This document shows positions 16,562 through 25,371 of a stretch of DNA of 60,064 nt, in pieces. The notes beneath the pieces were generated by a model. It saw only the letters and a list, made by a program, of their open reading frames with translations, was not told the origin of the DNA and searched no databases. Origin of the DNA: a virus; the IMG/VR virus record IMGVR_UViG_3300048818_000149, positions 1 to 60,064 of that record; one strand, given 5' to 3'. Position numbers and translations under genes: made by a program. How positions within the stretch are numbered: the stretch's first letter is position 1; every line of letters begins with the position of its first letter.

Positions 16562-16943
16562 TCCGCACGCGGAAATGAGTGAGACTGAGAAGCTCGAAGA
16601 GCAACTCAAGGAATTGCCCCCACGCGACCACATGATCGTCGTGGGAGTCATGACGCTATGCTCGGCCTTCAAGCAGGCCGACAAGATCGAAATTAGTCAC
16701 TTCAGAGATCTGGCCTGGGCGCTGGCCAAGAGCACCAAACACGTTGCGGAGATGGATACGCTGAACTTTCTCATTAAGAACTTGAAAGATGCGCCAGCGG
16801 AGACCACAGTTCGCGATGTCGTGACTCTGCTGGCCATGATGAGCCTAAAGGCGCAAGAGGTGGCAGACAAATGCGTTCGAGACACCATGCGGCTAGTGGC
16901 GCTGCTGCCCAGCGAAATGGGAGAGCCAGATGCGCGCAAGTGA
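16548..16943 (+). CDS. Hypothetical protein, 131 aa
   Basis: Open frame with operon-style overlaps. Confidence 0.6.
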   Translation: MAWTDPHAEMSETEKLEEQLKELPPRDHMIVVGVMTLCSAFKQADKIEISHFRDLAWALAKSTKHVAEMDTLNFLIKNLKDAPAETTVRDVVTLLAMMSLKAQEVADKCVRDTMRLVALLPSEMGEPDARK

Positions 16944-17286
16944 CTATCCCCTCCCAGACTACGCAGTCAGCGTCTGGCACAGGGGCGATGCGTTAGCCAT
17001 CGCGCTGCCGGGACATAGCGAGGACGGATCAGCGCGCACGCTTTTCATTCCGCTGGACAAACTTCCGCTAGATGCACCAGGCTGGAGGTCATTCGTCAAC
17101 CTTCTCGCTGAACGCCGCAAGGTCTATCAGGCCAATGAACGGCCGAGGTTCAGCACAAGTGCTGAGCCAACGGAAGTGCAAATGCGGGAGATGCTCAAGG
17201 CCCACTATGCGAAGCATCCCAGGCTGGAGACAGCCATCGACGCCGACATCTTTCACACAGAGCAAGAGGAGATCAACCATGACTAA
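16930..17286 (+). CDS. Hypothetical protein, 118 aa
   Basis: Open frame with operon-style overlaps. Confidence 0.6.
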   Translation: MRASDYPLPDYAVSVWHRGDALAIALPGHSEDGSARTLFIPLDKLPLDAPGWRSFVNLLAERRKVYQANERPRFSTSAEPTEVQMREMLKAHYAKHPRLETAIDADIFHTEQEEINHD

Positions 17287-17578
17287 GTCTAACGTACTGT
17301 CACTGCGTAGTCTGTGCAACTGGCTCGGAAAGCAGCCAGCTCGCAAGACGTTTAACTTCTACGACAATAGAGACTGTGTTCTCGCGCAGTTCTTCAAGGC
17401 CAAGGGGCTCAAAGAGGTCTCCGTGAGGGGCTACCAGTTCTCTTGCGCGGGCTCTGGTGACGACCTGGATCTGCCGTTTGCATTCCGCGAAGTGGCTCAT
17501 GTGGAGCCAGCAACCTTCGGGGCGGCGCACAAGATGGCCAAGGCACTGCTGGGCCAGAGAGCAGGAGCAACGTCATGA
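17279..17578 (+). CDS. Hypothetical protein, 99 aa
   Basis: Start at ATG 17279 (MTKSNVLS), 8-nt overlap with the upstream stop. Confidence 0.55.
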   Translation: MTKSNVLSLRSLCNWLGKQPARKTFNFYDNRDCVLAQFFKAKGLKEVSVRGYQFSCAGSGDDLDLPFAFREVAHVEPATFGAAHKMAKALLGQRAGATS

Positions 17579-17973
17579 GCATTCAGCGTTCTCTCATCGT
17601 CGGGGCACACTTTCGCCCGCCAGCCAAAGGGCTTCTAACGTGCTTGCCCAGCGGCACAAAGCTCATCGCGCGCCGGGAAGCCAGTAATGCGTATGATGCC
17701 AATGCCATTCAAGTTATCTGGCCCACAATGGGCCTAGATGCCGAGACTGGCATTGGCATCAGCGCGGCAGATGTCCAGAAGGCCGTCGAGGGCTTTGGCA
17801 GCAGCGCGGACTCGGTGTTTGCGCAGCCCGAGTGGCACCTGGGCTACGTTCCACGCACGGAGGCCGCCCACCTTGCGCCCAGAATGGACCACATGGGCTT
17901 GAGCGAACTGGATGGCGAACTGACGTTCGCAGCGACTGGTGGGGCGCAGATCGCCTTCCACGTTCCAGAATAA
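17575..17973 (+). CDS. Stand-alone HIRAN-domain protein
   Basis: VGAHFRP...GTKLIARREASNAYDANAIQV...LGYVPRTEAAHLAPRMD fits the HIRAN pattern. Confidence 0.7.
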   Translation: MSIQRSLIVGAHFRPPAKGLLTCLPSGTKLIARREASNAYDANAIQVIWPTMGLDAETGIGISAADVQKAVEGFGSSADSVFAQPEWHLGYVPRTEAAHLAPRMDHMGLSELDGELTFAATGGAQIAFHVPE

Positions 17974-18019
17974 TCACGCACTACGCTAGACGTAACGTCA
18001 ACCCAATGGAGAAGAGAAA

Positions 18020-18436
18020 ATGGAAATCGCAGGCAAGAAAGTCGTCAATGCAACGAAGCCACTTTTGCTGAACATCACTAAATCCGACTGTGCTCACGGG
18101 AACGTCAAGGACCCTGGAGCCTGTGCGGCAGCGCTCGCCCTCAAACGCCAGCTGCACGTCAAGAAAGCGCGTGTCCATCTCGGCCGCGTGTATGTCGAAA
18201 TGGAGACCCAGTGGGTCCGCTACAACACGCCCCAGAGTCTGAAGCACGAAATCATCTCCTTCGACCGGGGCGGAAGTTTCGAGCCGGGAGAGTATAAGCT
18301 CTACGCCACTACGCCGCACCAGCGTAAGGGTAAACAGCAGGGCAGCAACAAGCCTTCGCCGAGAAAGAAGAGCGTCAAGATCGCTCGCATTTCGCGCCAT
18401 GTGACCACTGGCGTCAGACATACGTTGGCCCGATGA
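18020..18436 (+). CDS. Hypothetical protein, 138 aa, Lys/Arg-rich tail
   Basis: GGAGAAGAGAAA upstream of the ATG. Confidence 0.6.
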   Translation: MEIAGKKVVNATKPLLLNITKSDCAHGNVKDPGACAAALALKRQLHVKKARVHLGRVYVEMETQWVRYNTPQSLKHEIISFDRGGSFEPGEYKLYATTPHQRKGKQQGSNKPSPRKKSVKIARISRHVTTGVRHTLAR

Positions 18437-18759
18437 GCGAGAACGCTGTGATTTTCTTCTCTGATGAGTTCTACATCTCCTATGTCGCTCGCCGCAGCGA
18501 TTTGGCGAAATTGCTAGATGCCATAGTCGCTGTCGGAATGGGCAATGATGAGCCGCCAGAGAGAGACGAGACTGCACTTTGTATCAAGACTGACCAAAAG
18601 GGAATATGGACATACAAATTCTATATTCTCTATGGAGATCATCGAGAAGCTTACCGTGCACTTGTGCCAGATTGCGCGGCTTGTGTTCGATACTTTCTGG
18701 CTAATCTGGACAAGATCGCTCATTCGAGTGACAGACCAACAGAGGAAACAGTGCAATGA
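18433..18759 (+). CDS. Hypothetical protein, 108 aa
   Basis: ATGA coupling. Lower-GC stretch. Confidence 0.6.
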   Translation: MSENAVIFFSDEFYISYVARRSDLAKLLDAIVAVGMGNDEPPERDETALCIKTDQKGIWTYKFYILYGDHREAYRALVPDCAACVRYFLANLDKIAHSSDRPTEETVQ

Positions 18760-18935
18760 GTAAGAGAAAAGACTGGGCTGACAGACTGGCTGAACAGATC
18801 ATCGCGGACGTGCAGGGCATCTACGATCCTCGGACGCGCGAGGACATCGTGGCCATGCGGCTACGTATCGTGCGCCAAGAGGGCGTAGTCGCTGGCGTGC
18901 AGGAGGCCGGGGATGCGGTACAACGATCCTTCTAG
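18756..18935 (+). CDS. Small protein, 59 aa (below cutoff)
   Basis: Hand translation MSKRKDWADRLAEQIIADVQGIYDPRTREDIVAMRLRIVRQEGVVAGVQEAGDAVQRSF. ATGA junction upstream. Confidence 0.4.
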   Translation: MSKRKDWADRLAEQIIADVQGIYDPRTREDIVAMRLRIVRQEGVVAGVQEAGDAVQRSF

Positions 18936-19299
18936 GCCCACGAGCATGCTCGGCGCAGTCAATTCTCCGCTGCAGCTCAACGGCAGTCCGCTGCCGACCA
19001 TTACGCTGATGTATCCCATGCAGAATGGCGGCGACGCGCAGACAGACAGCGGTGATGCTGACTGCGATAGCGCTGTGTGGGGCTTTCTGGCGTGCATACA
19101 TGCGCACAGGGCCAGCAATAGGTTCGGCACGTATTACGGTTGGATCAGAGATCTGGGCCAGTTCCAGGCAGACTACTTGGCTGATCCCGAGAACGCTCTG
19201 CTGCAGTACTTCAAGTATTCCGGCCCGGACTGGGAAGAGACAGCGCACAGCCCGAGAGCGCCAGCGCAGGTGCAGGAAATCAACGAGGAGATATTCTGA
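18913..19299 (+). CDS. Hypothetical protein, 128 aa
   Basis: AGGAGG upstream of ATG 18913. Confidence 0.55.
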   Translation: MRYNDPSRPTSMLGAVNSPLQLNGSPLPTITLMYPMQNGGDAQTDSGDADCDSAVWGFLACIHAHRASNRFGTYYGWIRDLGQFQADYLADPENALLQYFKYSGPDWEETAHSPRAPAQVQEINEEIF

Positions 19300-19436
19300 T
19301 GCCATACGCCGCAGTAGCAGCAGCATGGATAGCCACCGCCGCAGTCGTCGCCTTTGCTATTCACATAACCGGAAGTGCCGTGCCTTTATGGGCTATGCTG
19401 CTTCCGGCCTGCATCGAGGTTAGACGTGGCAAATAG
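19299..19436 (+). CDS. Candidate 45-aa membrane peptide
   Basis: Hand translation MPYAAVAAAWIATAAVVAFAIHITGSAVPLWAMLLPACIEVRRGK. TGATG junction. Confidence 0.3.
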   Translation: MPYAAVAAAWIATAAVVAFAIHITGSAVPLWAMLLPACIEVRRGK

Positions 19437-19491
19437 GGGGTGCAAGGGGGCCATGTCCCGCGTGGCCGAATATGGCCCGTGCGAAACCCCC

Positions 19492-19520
19492 TTGACCCCC
19501 CCACACCACCATGTCACACT
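19492..19520 (+). promoter_or_regulatory. Possible promoter
   Basis: TTGACC, 17 nt, CACACT within a 106-bp intergenic gap. Preceded by ACCCCC. Confidence 0.3.
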
Positions 19521-19542
19521 TTCATCCTAACGGGGAAATTCC

Positions 19543-20040
19543 ATGCCATCAGCCAAAATTCTCGGCTTTCAGTTCGACTTGGCTACGCCATACGCAGTCG
19601 GGCATATTTGCACGTACGCGGAGGCCGAGGCGCTCAACAAGTTGCTCGTTCGCGGGCTCGCCAAAGGGCTTCACAAGGTCATCGACTCGCAACTAGCTGG
19701 GTTTGACAAAGTGCTGGATCCTGACCAGCGCGCAGCGATCACGGAAAGCGGCCTAGAGTACATCGAAGAATTCACGCTGGGCTTCAGCGCTGGCCACGAC
19801 ATAGCACGCGCCATCAGACTGGAATGTTCGCGCCTCGCCCGCCAGATGCTAGAGGTTCAGCTAAATCGAGAGGGCAGAGTGCTGAAGGATCTCACGCCAG
19901 GCGAAGTGCATAGCGCACTCAGCGATCTCATGAAGAGCGAACGTATAGTGGCTGAGGCTACGCGCCGAGTCAGCGTGACACAAGAGATCGCGCAGCGCGC
20001 AGAAGCAGAGTTACACGAGGCACTCGGAGATCTCTCATGA
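19543..20040 (+). CDS. Hypothetical protein, 165 aa
   Basis: First gene after the intergenic gap. Clean open frame. Confidence 0.65.
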   Translation: MPSAKILGFQFDLATPYAVGHICTYAEAEALNKLLVRGLAKGLHKVIDSQLAGFDKVLDPDQRAAITESGLEYIEEFTLGFSAGHDIARAIRLECSRLARQMLEVQLNREGRVLKDLTPGEVHSALSDLMKSERIVAEATRRVSVTQEIAQRAEAELHEALGDLS

Positions 20041-20372
20041 GCTTTCGCATTGGCCAGAAAGTGGTCTGCATAAACGACTCAGATACGCATACTGAGAGTA
20101 TTAAGGAACTCAGCAAGGGGCAAGTCTATACTGTTGCCCGCTGTTGGCTGTTCGTTCCTTCAAGGCTTTTGGCTCTTGCTGGTGAATTTACCCCCTACAA
20201 GGGAGTAAGTCTACACGAAGTCGGCCCACGAGTTTGGCCGATCACGGGTGAGGACATTCCATTCGACGTTGCGCGCTTCAGGCCGCTCATAGAGCGCAAG
20301 AAAGAGACCGACATTGGCTTCGCTCTAGACATTCTGGACAAAGCTAACGGCAAAGTTAGAGAGCCAGTATGA
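20037..20372 (+). CDS. Hypothetical protein, 111 aa
   Basis: ATGA coupling. Confidence 0.6.
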   Translation: MSFRIGQKVVCINDSDTHTESIKELSKGQVYTVARCWLFVPSRLLALAGEFTPYKGVSLHEVGPRVWPITGEDIPFDVARFRPLIERKKETDIGFALDILDKANGKVREPV

Positions 20373-20572
20373 ACGAGGAAGAAATACTTTATGAGGCACT
20401 CAATTCGCCCCTCGGACTCATCGTGCGCGGTAGCAAAAGCGCGCTTGCGAAAGCTAAGAGCAAGCTGGCGCAAAGCGATGCCGCTCTTAGCGAGTTGGCA
20501 CTTATTGGTCCAGACCCAAGTGGGCAGCTCTACATTCTCCGAACTGACCGAGCACGAAAGCAGTCAGCATGA
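20369..20572 (+). CDS. Hypothetical protein, 67 aa
   Basis: ATGA coupling. Confidence 0.5.
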   Translation: MNEEEILYEALNSPLGLIVRGSKSALAKAKSKLAQSDAALSELALIGPDPSGQLYILRTDRARKQSA

Positions 20573-20766
20573 CAGATAATGTGGCCCCTGAGCCCACTAC
20601 GTCAACGGGGGATAAGAAGATGCGAGTGCATATTCTGGTCTACGAAGAGGACTGGGAATGGCTAGGCATAACGTATGGGTCAGCGCTAAAGCGGGGCAAT
20701 ATCGTTCGCATGCTCTTACGCGACTTCAAACGCCGAATGGAAGCCAAAGTGGAGGGCAAGTTATGA
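20569..20766 (+). CDS. Hypothetical protein, 65 aa
   Basis: ATGA coupling. Confidence 0.5.
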   Translation: MTDNVAPEPTTSTGDKKMRVHILVYEEDWEWLGITYGSALKRGNIVRMLLRDFKRRMEAKVEGKL

Positions 20767-21032
20767 TCCAGACCGAGGAAGAAGTCGTTCAGCGGGTTGA
20801 GAGTATTCTAAAGCACATCAACGCGGCGTGCAGTGGCCAGAAGGGCGCAGATGTATATATGGCGCTCATGTTCGCGCTGGGCAAGACCATTGCCCAGTCA
20901 CATGATCCAGCGCAAGTGCTAGTTCTGACCATTCCGAAACTGGCCAGCGCGGCGGGCGTTCAGTGCCGCCAGCTAGATGAAGACACAGACTTAGAGGAGC
21001 TGGAAGATGACAACTCCGTCGCCACTCACTGA
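20763..21032 (+). CDS. Hypothetical protein, 89 aa, acidic tail
   Basis: Start at ATG 20763 (ATGA overlap), MIQTEEEVV. Confidence 0.5.
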   Translation: MIQTEEEVVQRVESILKHINAACSGQKGADVYMALMFALGKTIAQSHDPAQVLVLTIPKLASAAGVQCRQLDEDTDLEELEDDNSVATH

Positions 21033-21252
21033 GGCCGAACCACGCTCACTGGATGAGTACTTCGCGCGAAAGCCCCCATACGACGCGACCACGCTAGCGG
21101 CCATCAAGACTGAGTTCAGACGCCTACGGGCGAAGTTCGGCGAGACAGAAGCGGCTGGCGGCAGCGTTCGTGCGAAGAAAGTCGGCAAGCCCAAGGCAGC
21201 GCTAGAGGTCACAATGGACATCTTTGGAGCAGAGGATACGCCCAAGTCATGA
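21007..21252 (+). CDS. Hypothetical protein, 81 aa
   Basis: Open frame with operon overlaps. Confidence 0.5.
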   Translation: MTTPSPLTEAEPRSLDEYFARKPPYDATTLAAIKTEFRRLRAKFGETEAAGGSVRAKKVGKPKAALEVTMDIFGAEDTPKS

Positions 21253-21431
21253 GCCAAGAGCAATATGCCAGCAAGATCATGTTCGCCCTGGCCAAGCAAA
21301 TAGCCACGTATAACGGCCAAATATTTGATAAGCTGGACGAGCGCACACGGCGCGAACTGATGACGCTAGCGAACAGCCTGCTGGCCACCGTGCGGCGACT
21401 GGACATAGCCTCGCGTGAGGTGCTGGAATGA
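21249..21431 (+). CDS. Hypothetical protein, 60 aa
   Basis: ATGA coupling. Confidence 0.5.
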   Translation: MSQEQYASKIMFALAKQIATYNGQIFDKLDERTRRELMTLANSLLATVRRLDIASREVLE

Positions 21432-21559
21432 GCTACCTGCTGGCCCAAACGTTCTGCACGTGGCTAATCTGGTATCTCTGTAGCCCGCCGCCCTACTGGG
21501 TTCTGGCCACGCTGGGCGCAGTTATCGCTCTAACGGGGATTTTAGTTTATGCCAGTTAG
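21428..21559 (+). CDS. Candidate 43-aa membrane peptide
   Basis: Hand translation MSYLLAQTFCTWLIWYLCSPPPYWVLATLGAVIALTGILVYAS. ATGA junction upstream, overlaps the next start. Confidence 0.35.
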   Translation: MSYLLAQTFCTWLIWYLCSPPPYWVLATLGAVIALTGILVYAS

Positions 21560-21920
21560 ATACGGTGAGCCGCCATACTTAGAATGTTCTTCGCGAGGTG
21601 ACAAACGCTTCTCAGCCTTCTATGCCCACCTGCGCGATCCGAGGCGAAACGGTATGTCCATTGAGGAACTCTATCAGGCAAGTAAAGTCTTTGAGGACGG
21701 CAGTACCGGACTCAGCTGGCGCGACGCCAAGGGCCGCAGAGCAGTCAACGCTGATGTCTGCGCGAGCTTCTACAGCATGCTTTGGGATGAATATATTGCA
21801 GAACACCCAGAACTGCTTGCAGTGCTGAAAGCCGCCAGCGGCTTGAGCGACATATTCGGCCAATCGGGTCATTGCTGTCAGGCTACAGAGCTTTGGAGAA
21901 TACGCAATGTATCCAGATAA
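21549..21920 (+). CDS. Hypothetical protein, 123 aa
   Basis: Clean open frame. Family not recognised with confidence. Confidence 0.6.
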   Translation: MPVRYGEPPYLECSSRGDKRFSAFYAHLRDPRRNGMSIEELYQASKVFEDGSTGLSWRDAKGRRAVNADVCASFYSMLWDEYIAEHPELLAVLKAASGLSDIFGQSGHCCQATELWRIRNVSR

Positions 21921-22878
21921 TGCCGCCTTTTCCTCGAAATTACACACTTTACAAATTTTCTGGGATTCAACGAGCCTGGGCAGTCTGAAGAAGTGCCCAC
22001 GTTTCTATCAGCTGAGGCACATTGAGGGCTGGGTTCCACGAACGCGCAGTGCAGATCTCACTTTCGGCATCTTCATGCACAGTGGGCGCGAACGCTACTA
22101 CCACGCGCGGGCCGAGGGCAAGCTGCACGAAGAGGCGCTGGACTTCGCTCTAGCCTATGTGCTGGAGGCCTCTTGGGACAGCAAGACCAATAGACCGTGG
22201 CAAGGGGATCAGTACAAGAACAGGTACACCTTAGCCCGCAGCCTGGTCGCGTATTGCGACAAATGGCAGAATGATGCGTTAGTCACAGTCATAAAGAGCG
22301 ACAAGAAGCCCGCAGTAGAGGAAAGTTTTCGCTTCCCTCTGGGCTTCGGCCCGACAGACAGCAGGCCCTATGACGCGCAGAACGATAGTGGAGGCGAAAG
22401 TGAAGAATACTTCCTTTGTGGGCATCTCGACCGTCTGGTGGAGTTCAGTGACCGACTCTGGATTAGTGATCTTAAAACTACCAGACACACCATTGATAGT
22501 TACTACTTCGCCCAGTTCACACCCAGCAACCAGTTCTCAATCTACGTGCTTGCGGGTAACATCGTACTCGGCCGAAAGGTTGCTGGCCTCATTGTTGATG
22601 CCGTTCAGGTCAGCGTGACAATGGAGCCCAAATTCGGCCGAGCGCTTATTGAGCGCACTGAGGCCCAGCTCAATGAGTTCGTCAGAGGTCTCCACGTTCT
22701 TCTGCACCAAGCGGAATACTATGCCAGAAATAACTTTTGGCCCCAGAACGAGCAAGCGTGCTTCAGATGCGATTTCCGTTCAGTCTGCTCACGTGCGCCA
22801 GCAGTCCGCGAGCAATGGCTCAAGGCGGACTTTCAACGTGAGACCTGGGACCCCACCATCGTAAGAGGAGACATCTGA
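21907..22878 (+). CDS. Cas4/RecB-family PD-(D/E)xK exonuclease with Cys cluster
   Basis: GHLDRLVEF...WISDLKTT core. An N-terminal Cys (KKCPRFY) plus C-terminal CFRCDFRSVC suggest a 4-Cys Fe-S arrangement. Confidence 0.8.
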   Translation: MYPDNAAFSSKLHTLQIFWDSTSLGSLKKCPRFYQLRHIEGWVPRTRSADLTFGIFMHSGRERYYHARAEGKLHEEALDFALAYVLEASWDSKTNRPWQGDQYKNRYTLARSLVAYCDKWQNDALVTVIKSDKKPAVEESFRFPLGFGPTDSRPYDAQNDSGGESEEYFLCGHLDRLVEFSDRLWISDLKTTRHTIDSYYFAQFTPSNQFSIYVLAGNIVLGRKVAGLIVDAVQVSVTMEPKFGRALIERTEAQLNEFVRGLHVLLHQAEYYARNNFWPQNEQACFRCDFRSVCSRAPAVREQWLKADFQRETWDPTIVRGDI

Positions 22879-23081
22879 TGGACTGGATACTTATTGGCAT
22901 CGTCGGCGGCTCGCTAGTCATCAGCGGCTTCAGCACGAAAGAGGCCTGCCTAGGTCGCGTGGCCACGCTCAAGGAGCAGAAAGTCGAAGCCAAGTGCGTT
23001 GAGGCTCCAGGGAACCATCTTGGTCTCACAGGCACGGGTACGATTTGTCTTTGGGGCAATAATGGACAGAGCAACTGCTAA
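22878..23081 (+). CDS. Small membrane protein, 67 aa
   Basis: N-terminus MDWILIGIVGGSLVISGF. TGATG junction. Confidence 0.45.
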   Translation: MDWILIGIVGGSLVISGFSTKEACLGRVATLKEQKVEAKCVEAPGNHLGLTGTGTICLWGNNGQSNC

Positions 23082-23365
23082 TGCCCCGTAGCCAATTCGC
23101 CTTCAACATCGCCAGAGGCGGCTGCTGGTCGCGCAAGACCAAACGCTATCTGCGCGCGAGCGGACTGGATAAGCCAGTGTTCGTCACAGACGAGGCGCGC
23201 CAGCGGCACGTTCACCCGCGCCACAAGCGCGGTCAGACTGGTGAGGCGCCTGGGCCGTCCACGCTCGCGGCTGTACATTCTTCTAGCGCCTCCGCAAGTG
23301 GCCGTGGCCAGCCAGTTAATCCATTCGCCCAACTCAGAAAGAAGCCCGATGCCCCAACCAGTTAA
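23081..23365 (+). CDS. Doubtful ORF, 94 aa, basic
   Basis: TAATG junction, but the composition is poor. If not coding, this is a 268-bp gap. Confidence 0.25.
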   Translation: MPRSQFAFNIARGGCWSRKTKRYLRASGLDKPVFVTDEARQRHVHPRHKRGQTGEAPGPSTLAAVHSSSASASGRGQPVNPFAQLRKKPDAPTS

Positions 23366-24176
23366 ATTGATCGTCGCCAGCGACTCAGGCGGAGGCAAAA
23401 CGGGCGCTCTGGCCAGTCTGGCCGCTGCGGGCTACAGCCTACGTGTGGCGGACTTGGATAACAACAGCGGCATTCTCAAGGGTCTTCTGCTGACCGATCC
23501 CCAGTCGCCCTACATCAAGAGCAACAAGGACGTTGGCAAGATGCTGACCAGCGTGGTCGCGCTCAGTGAAGAGCGAGGCCTCATTGGCGTGCCCCCGAAC
23601 GCGAAGATGGGCATAAAGAAGGCTACAGCGTGGCTAAAGCTCAGCGCGCTGCTGGAGAACTGGGACGACGGAACGCAGAAGCTCGGGCCGATCACCAGTT
23701 GGACAACGCAAGACGTTCTAGTAATTGATACGTTCACGAAAGCCAGCCGCGCGGCAATGAACTTTCACCTTTCTCTGAACGGCAGGCTGAACCAGAAGCC
23801 CACACTCTACGACTTCGGCGATGCCCAAGAGCTACTACGGTGTCTGCTCGACATAGTCTGCGCGCCCGAGGTTCAGTGCAACGTGGTCCTCAACTGCCAC
23901 ATCGACTATGGCGAGAACAAGTCTGGCGTGCCGACCGAGTGGCCCATGAGTATTGGCAACGCCCTCGGCCCGCAGATCGCGACGTACTTCGGCAGTCTCC
24001 TGCGACTGGTCAACCAGCCCAAAGGCATGGGCAGCGCGCGCACGTATGAGCGCAAGCTGCTGACTACGCCCACGAGCCCGCTGGGTGTCAAGACCAGCGC
24101 ACCTTATAGCGCGAAGACTGAATATGGCATCGAGCATGGGCTGGCCGAGTACTTCAAGGCCGTTCGAGGTGAATAG
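23349..24176 (+). CDS. RecA-fold ATPase (AAA_24 / Sak4-like)
   Basis: Start at ATG 23349. KLIVASDSGGGKTG Walker A near the N-terminus and VLVIDTFT Walker B. Confidence 0.7.
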   Translation: MPQPVKLIVASDSGGGKTGALASLAAAGYSLRVADLDNNSGILKGLLLTDPQSPYIKSNKDVGKMLTSVVALSEERGLIGVPPNAKMGIKKATAWLKLSALLENWDDGTQKLGPITSWTTQDVLVIDTFTKASRAAMNFHLSLNGRLNQKPTLYDFGDAQELLRCLLDIVCAPEVQCNVVLNCHIDYGENKSGVPTEWPMSIGNALGPQIATYFGSLLRLVNQPKGMGSARTYERKLLTTPTSPLGVKTSAPYSAKTEYGIEHGLAEYFKAVRGE

Positions 24177-24179
24177 AGT

Positions 24180-24197
24180 TTCCGGCTAGCGCCGGAA
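24180..24197 (+). terminator. Short GC hairpin after the Sak4-like gene
   Basis: ttccggc-tagc-gccggaa (7-bp stem, tetraloop). No T-run, so the function is uncertain. Confidence 0.3.
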
Positions 24198-24263
24198 GAA
24201 ATGGGCTAGAACGCCCGAAAGGGGCTGCACGGTCCCCCCACACCAGTGCAAAGGAGAAATAAA

Positions 24264-24734
24264 ATGCCAGTTGATTTTTCTAAGTTGAATTCCAAGTCCA
24301 TGACGGACGTGAAGCGGCCGCCCAGCGCGCCCGCCAGCACGTACTACGGCAGTATCAAGGGCTTTAAGTTTTCGGACACCCGCTTCGCCAACAAGGACAC
24401 CAATCAGCCCGATGGCGCTCTCGTGCTCGAAATCACTCCGACCGAGTGCGCCGATCCGCAAGTCGAACTCCCTCCGGGCTATACGCTTCGCGGCAAGATG
24501 TTCTTCCACGAGACGGCGATCATTGACTGCAATGGCAACAGTCTGCCCGGTCAGTACTACACGAAAGTGCTCATGGAGACCCTGGGCATTCCCACCGAGG
24601 GGCGTTCTTTCGGCGAGTGCGTGCCGGATCTCGTCGGGGCGCAGGTGATGTTCGATCTGACCGCCCGGCCGGACAAGAATAACCCCGAGGTCATTTATAA
24701 CGACGTGAGAAAGCTGCGCGCGAAGACGAGCTAG
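24264..24734 (+). CDS. Probable ssDNA-binding partner of Sak4 (DUF669-like)
   Basis: AAGGAG upstream of ATG 24264. The size, position next to the AAA_24 gene and N-terminal pattern resemble DUF669. The functional call is tentative. Confidence 0.5.
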   Translation: MPVDFSKLNSKSMTDVKRPPSAPASTYYGSIKGFKFSDTRFANKDTNQPDGALVLEITPTECADPQVELPPGYTLRGKMFFHETAIIDCNGNSLPGQYYTKVLMETLGIPTEGRSFGECVPDLVGAQVMFDLTARPDKNNPEVIYNDVRKLRAKTS

Positions 24735-24916
24735 GGGCCTCCAGTTCGCTCTTTCGCTAGTACGTTCTGCGTCTAGCACCTAGCGGACTGCGCCTCTAAG
24801 GTCCCGGCCGGACAACACAGAACGCCTAGGCGCCTGTGCGGAATACAACCGGCTGGGACCACAACGACCACGATACTGCAAACGGGCACATACACGGGGA
24901 TATCAGGGAGAATAAA

Positions 24917-25135
24917 ATGGGCCACAAGCATTTTGTAGTCTGTGACGGCTGCGATGCAGAAGAATTGATCGCGCGACCGGAGGGCGAAGCGCCGCCGTCC
25001 TTTAAGTCGGTTACCATATCCCTCAACGCGGGGGCAGACGGTCTTTACGATCTGTGCCCTAGCTGCGAACGGCGCTTGCAAGAAAACGCCAATCCGAAAA
25101 AATGGCCGCGCATGGCTAGACCAGCGCCCGGTTAA
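24917..25135 (+). CDS. Small CxxC...CxxC zinc-ribbon protein, 72 aa
   Basis: GGGAGAATAAAATG (same RBS context as 24264). VVCDGCD...LCPSCE. Confidence 0.5.
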   Translation: MGHKHFVVCDGCDAEELIARPEGEAPPSFKSVTISLNAGADGLYDLCPSCERRLQENANPKKWPRMARPAPG

Positions 25136-25147
25136 CAGGACGTTAAC

Positions 25148-25333
25148 ATGAACAAGGATTGGGAAGCGATCAAAGCGTGCCTGCTAGAAGCGGCGGTCAC
25201 CATCGAAACCTTCTGTCTGCACAGCGAGCGCCTGCGCCCATACGACAACGTAAAAGATGCTGAGCAAACAGCTAAGCGATGCCGCTTCCTCGCCGCCTTT
25301 GGCCAAGAGTTTTTTACCCCGGTAGCCGACTAA
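25148..25333 (+). CDS. Hypothetical protein, 61 aa
   Basis: Open frame with AGGACG upstream. Confidence 0.45.
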   Translation: MNKDWEAIKACLLEAAVTIETFCLHSERLRPYDNVKDAEQTAKRCRFLAAFGQEFFTPVAD

Positions 25334-25371
25334 CCGCCGATTAACAGGAAACTACAACGTATCATGAATAT

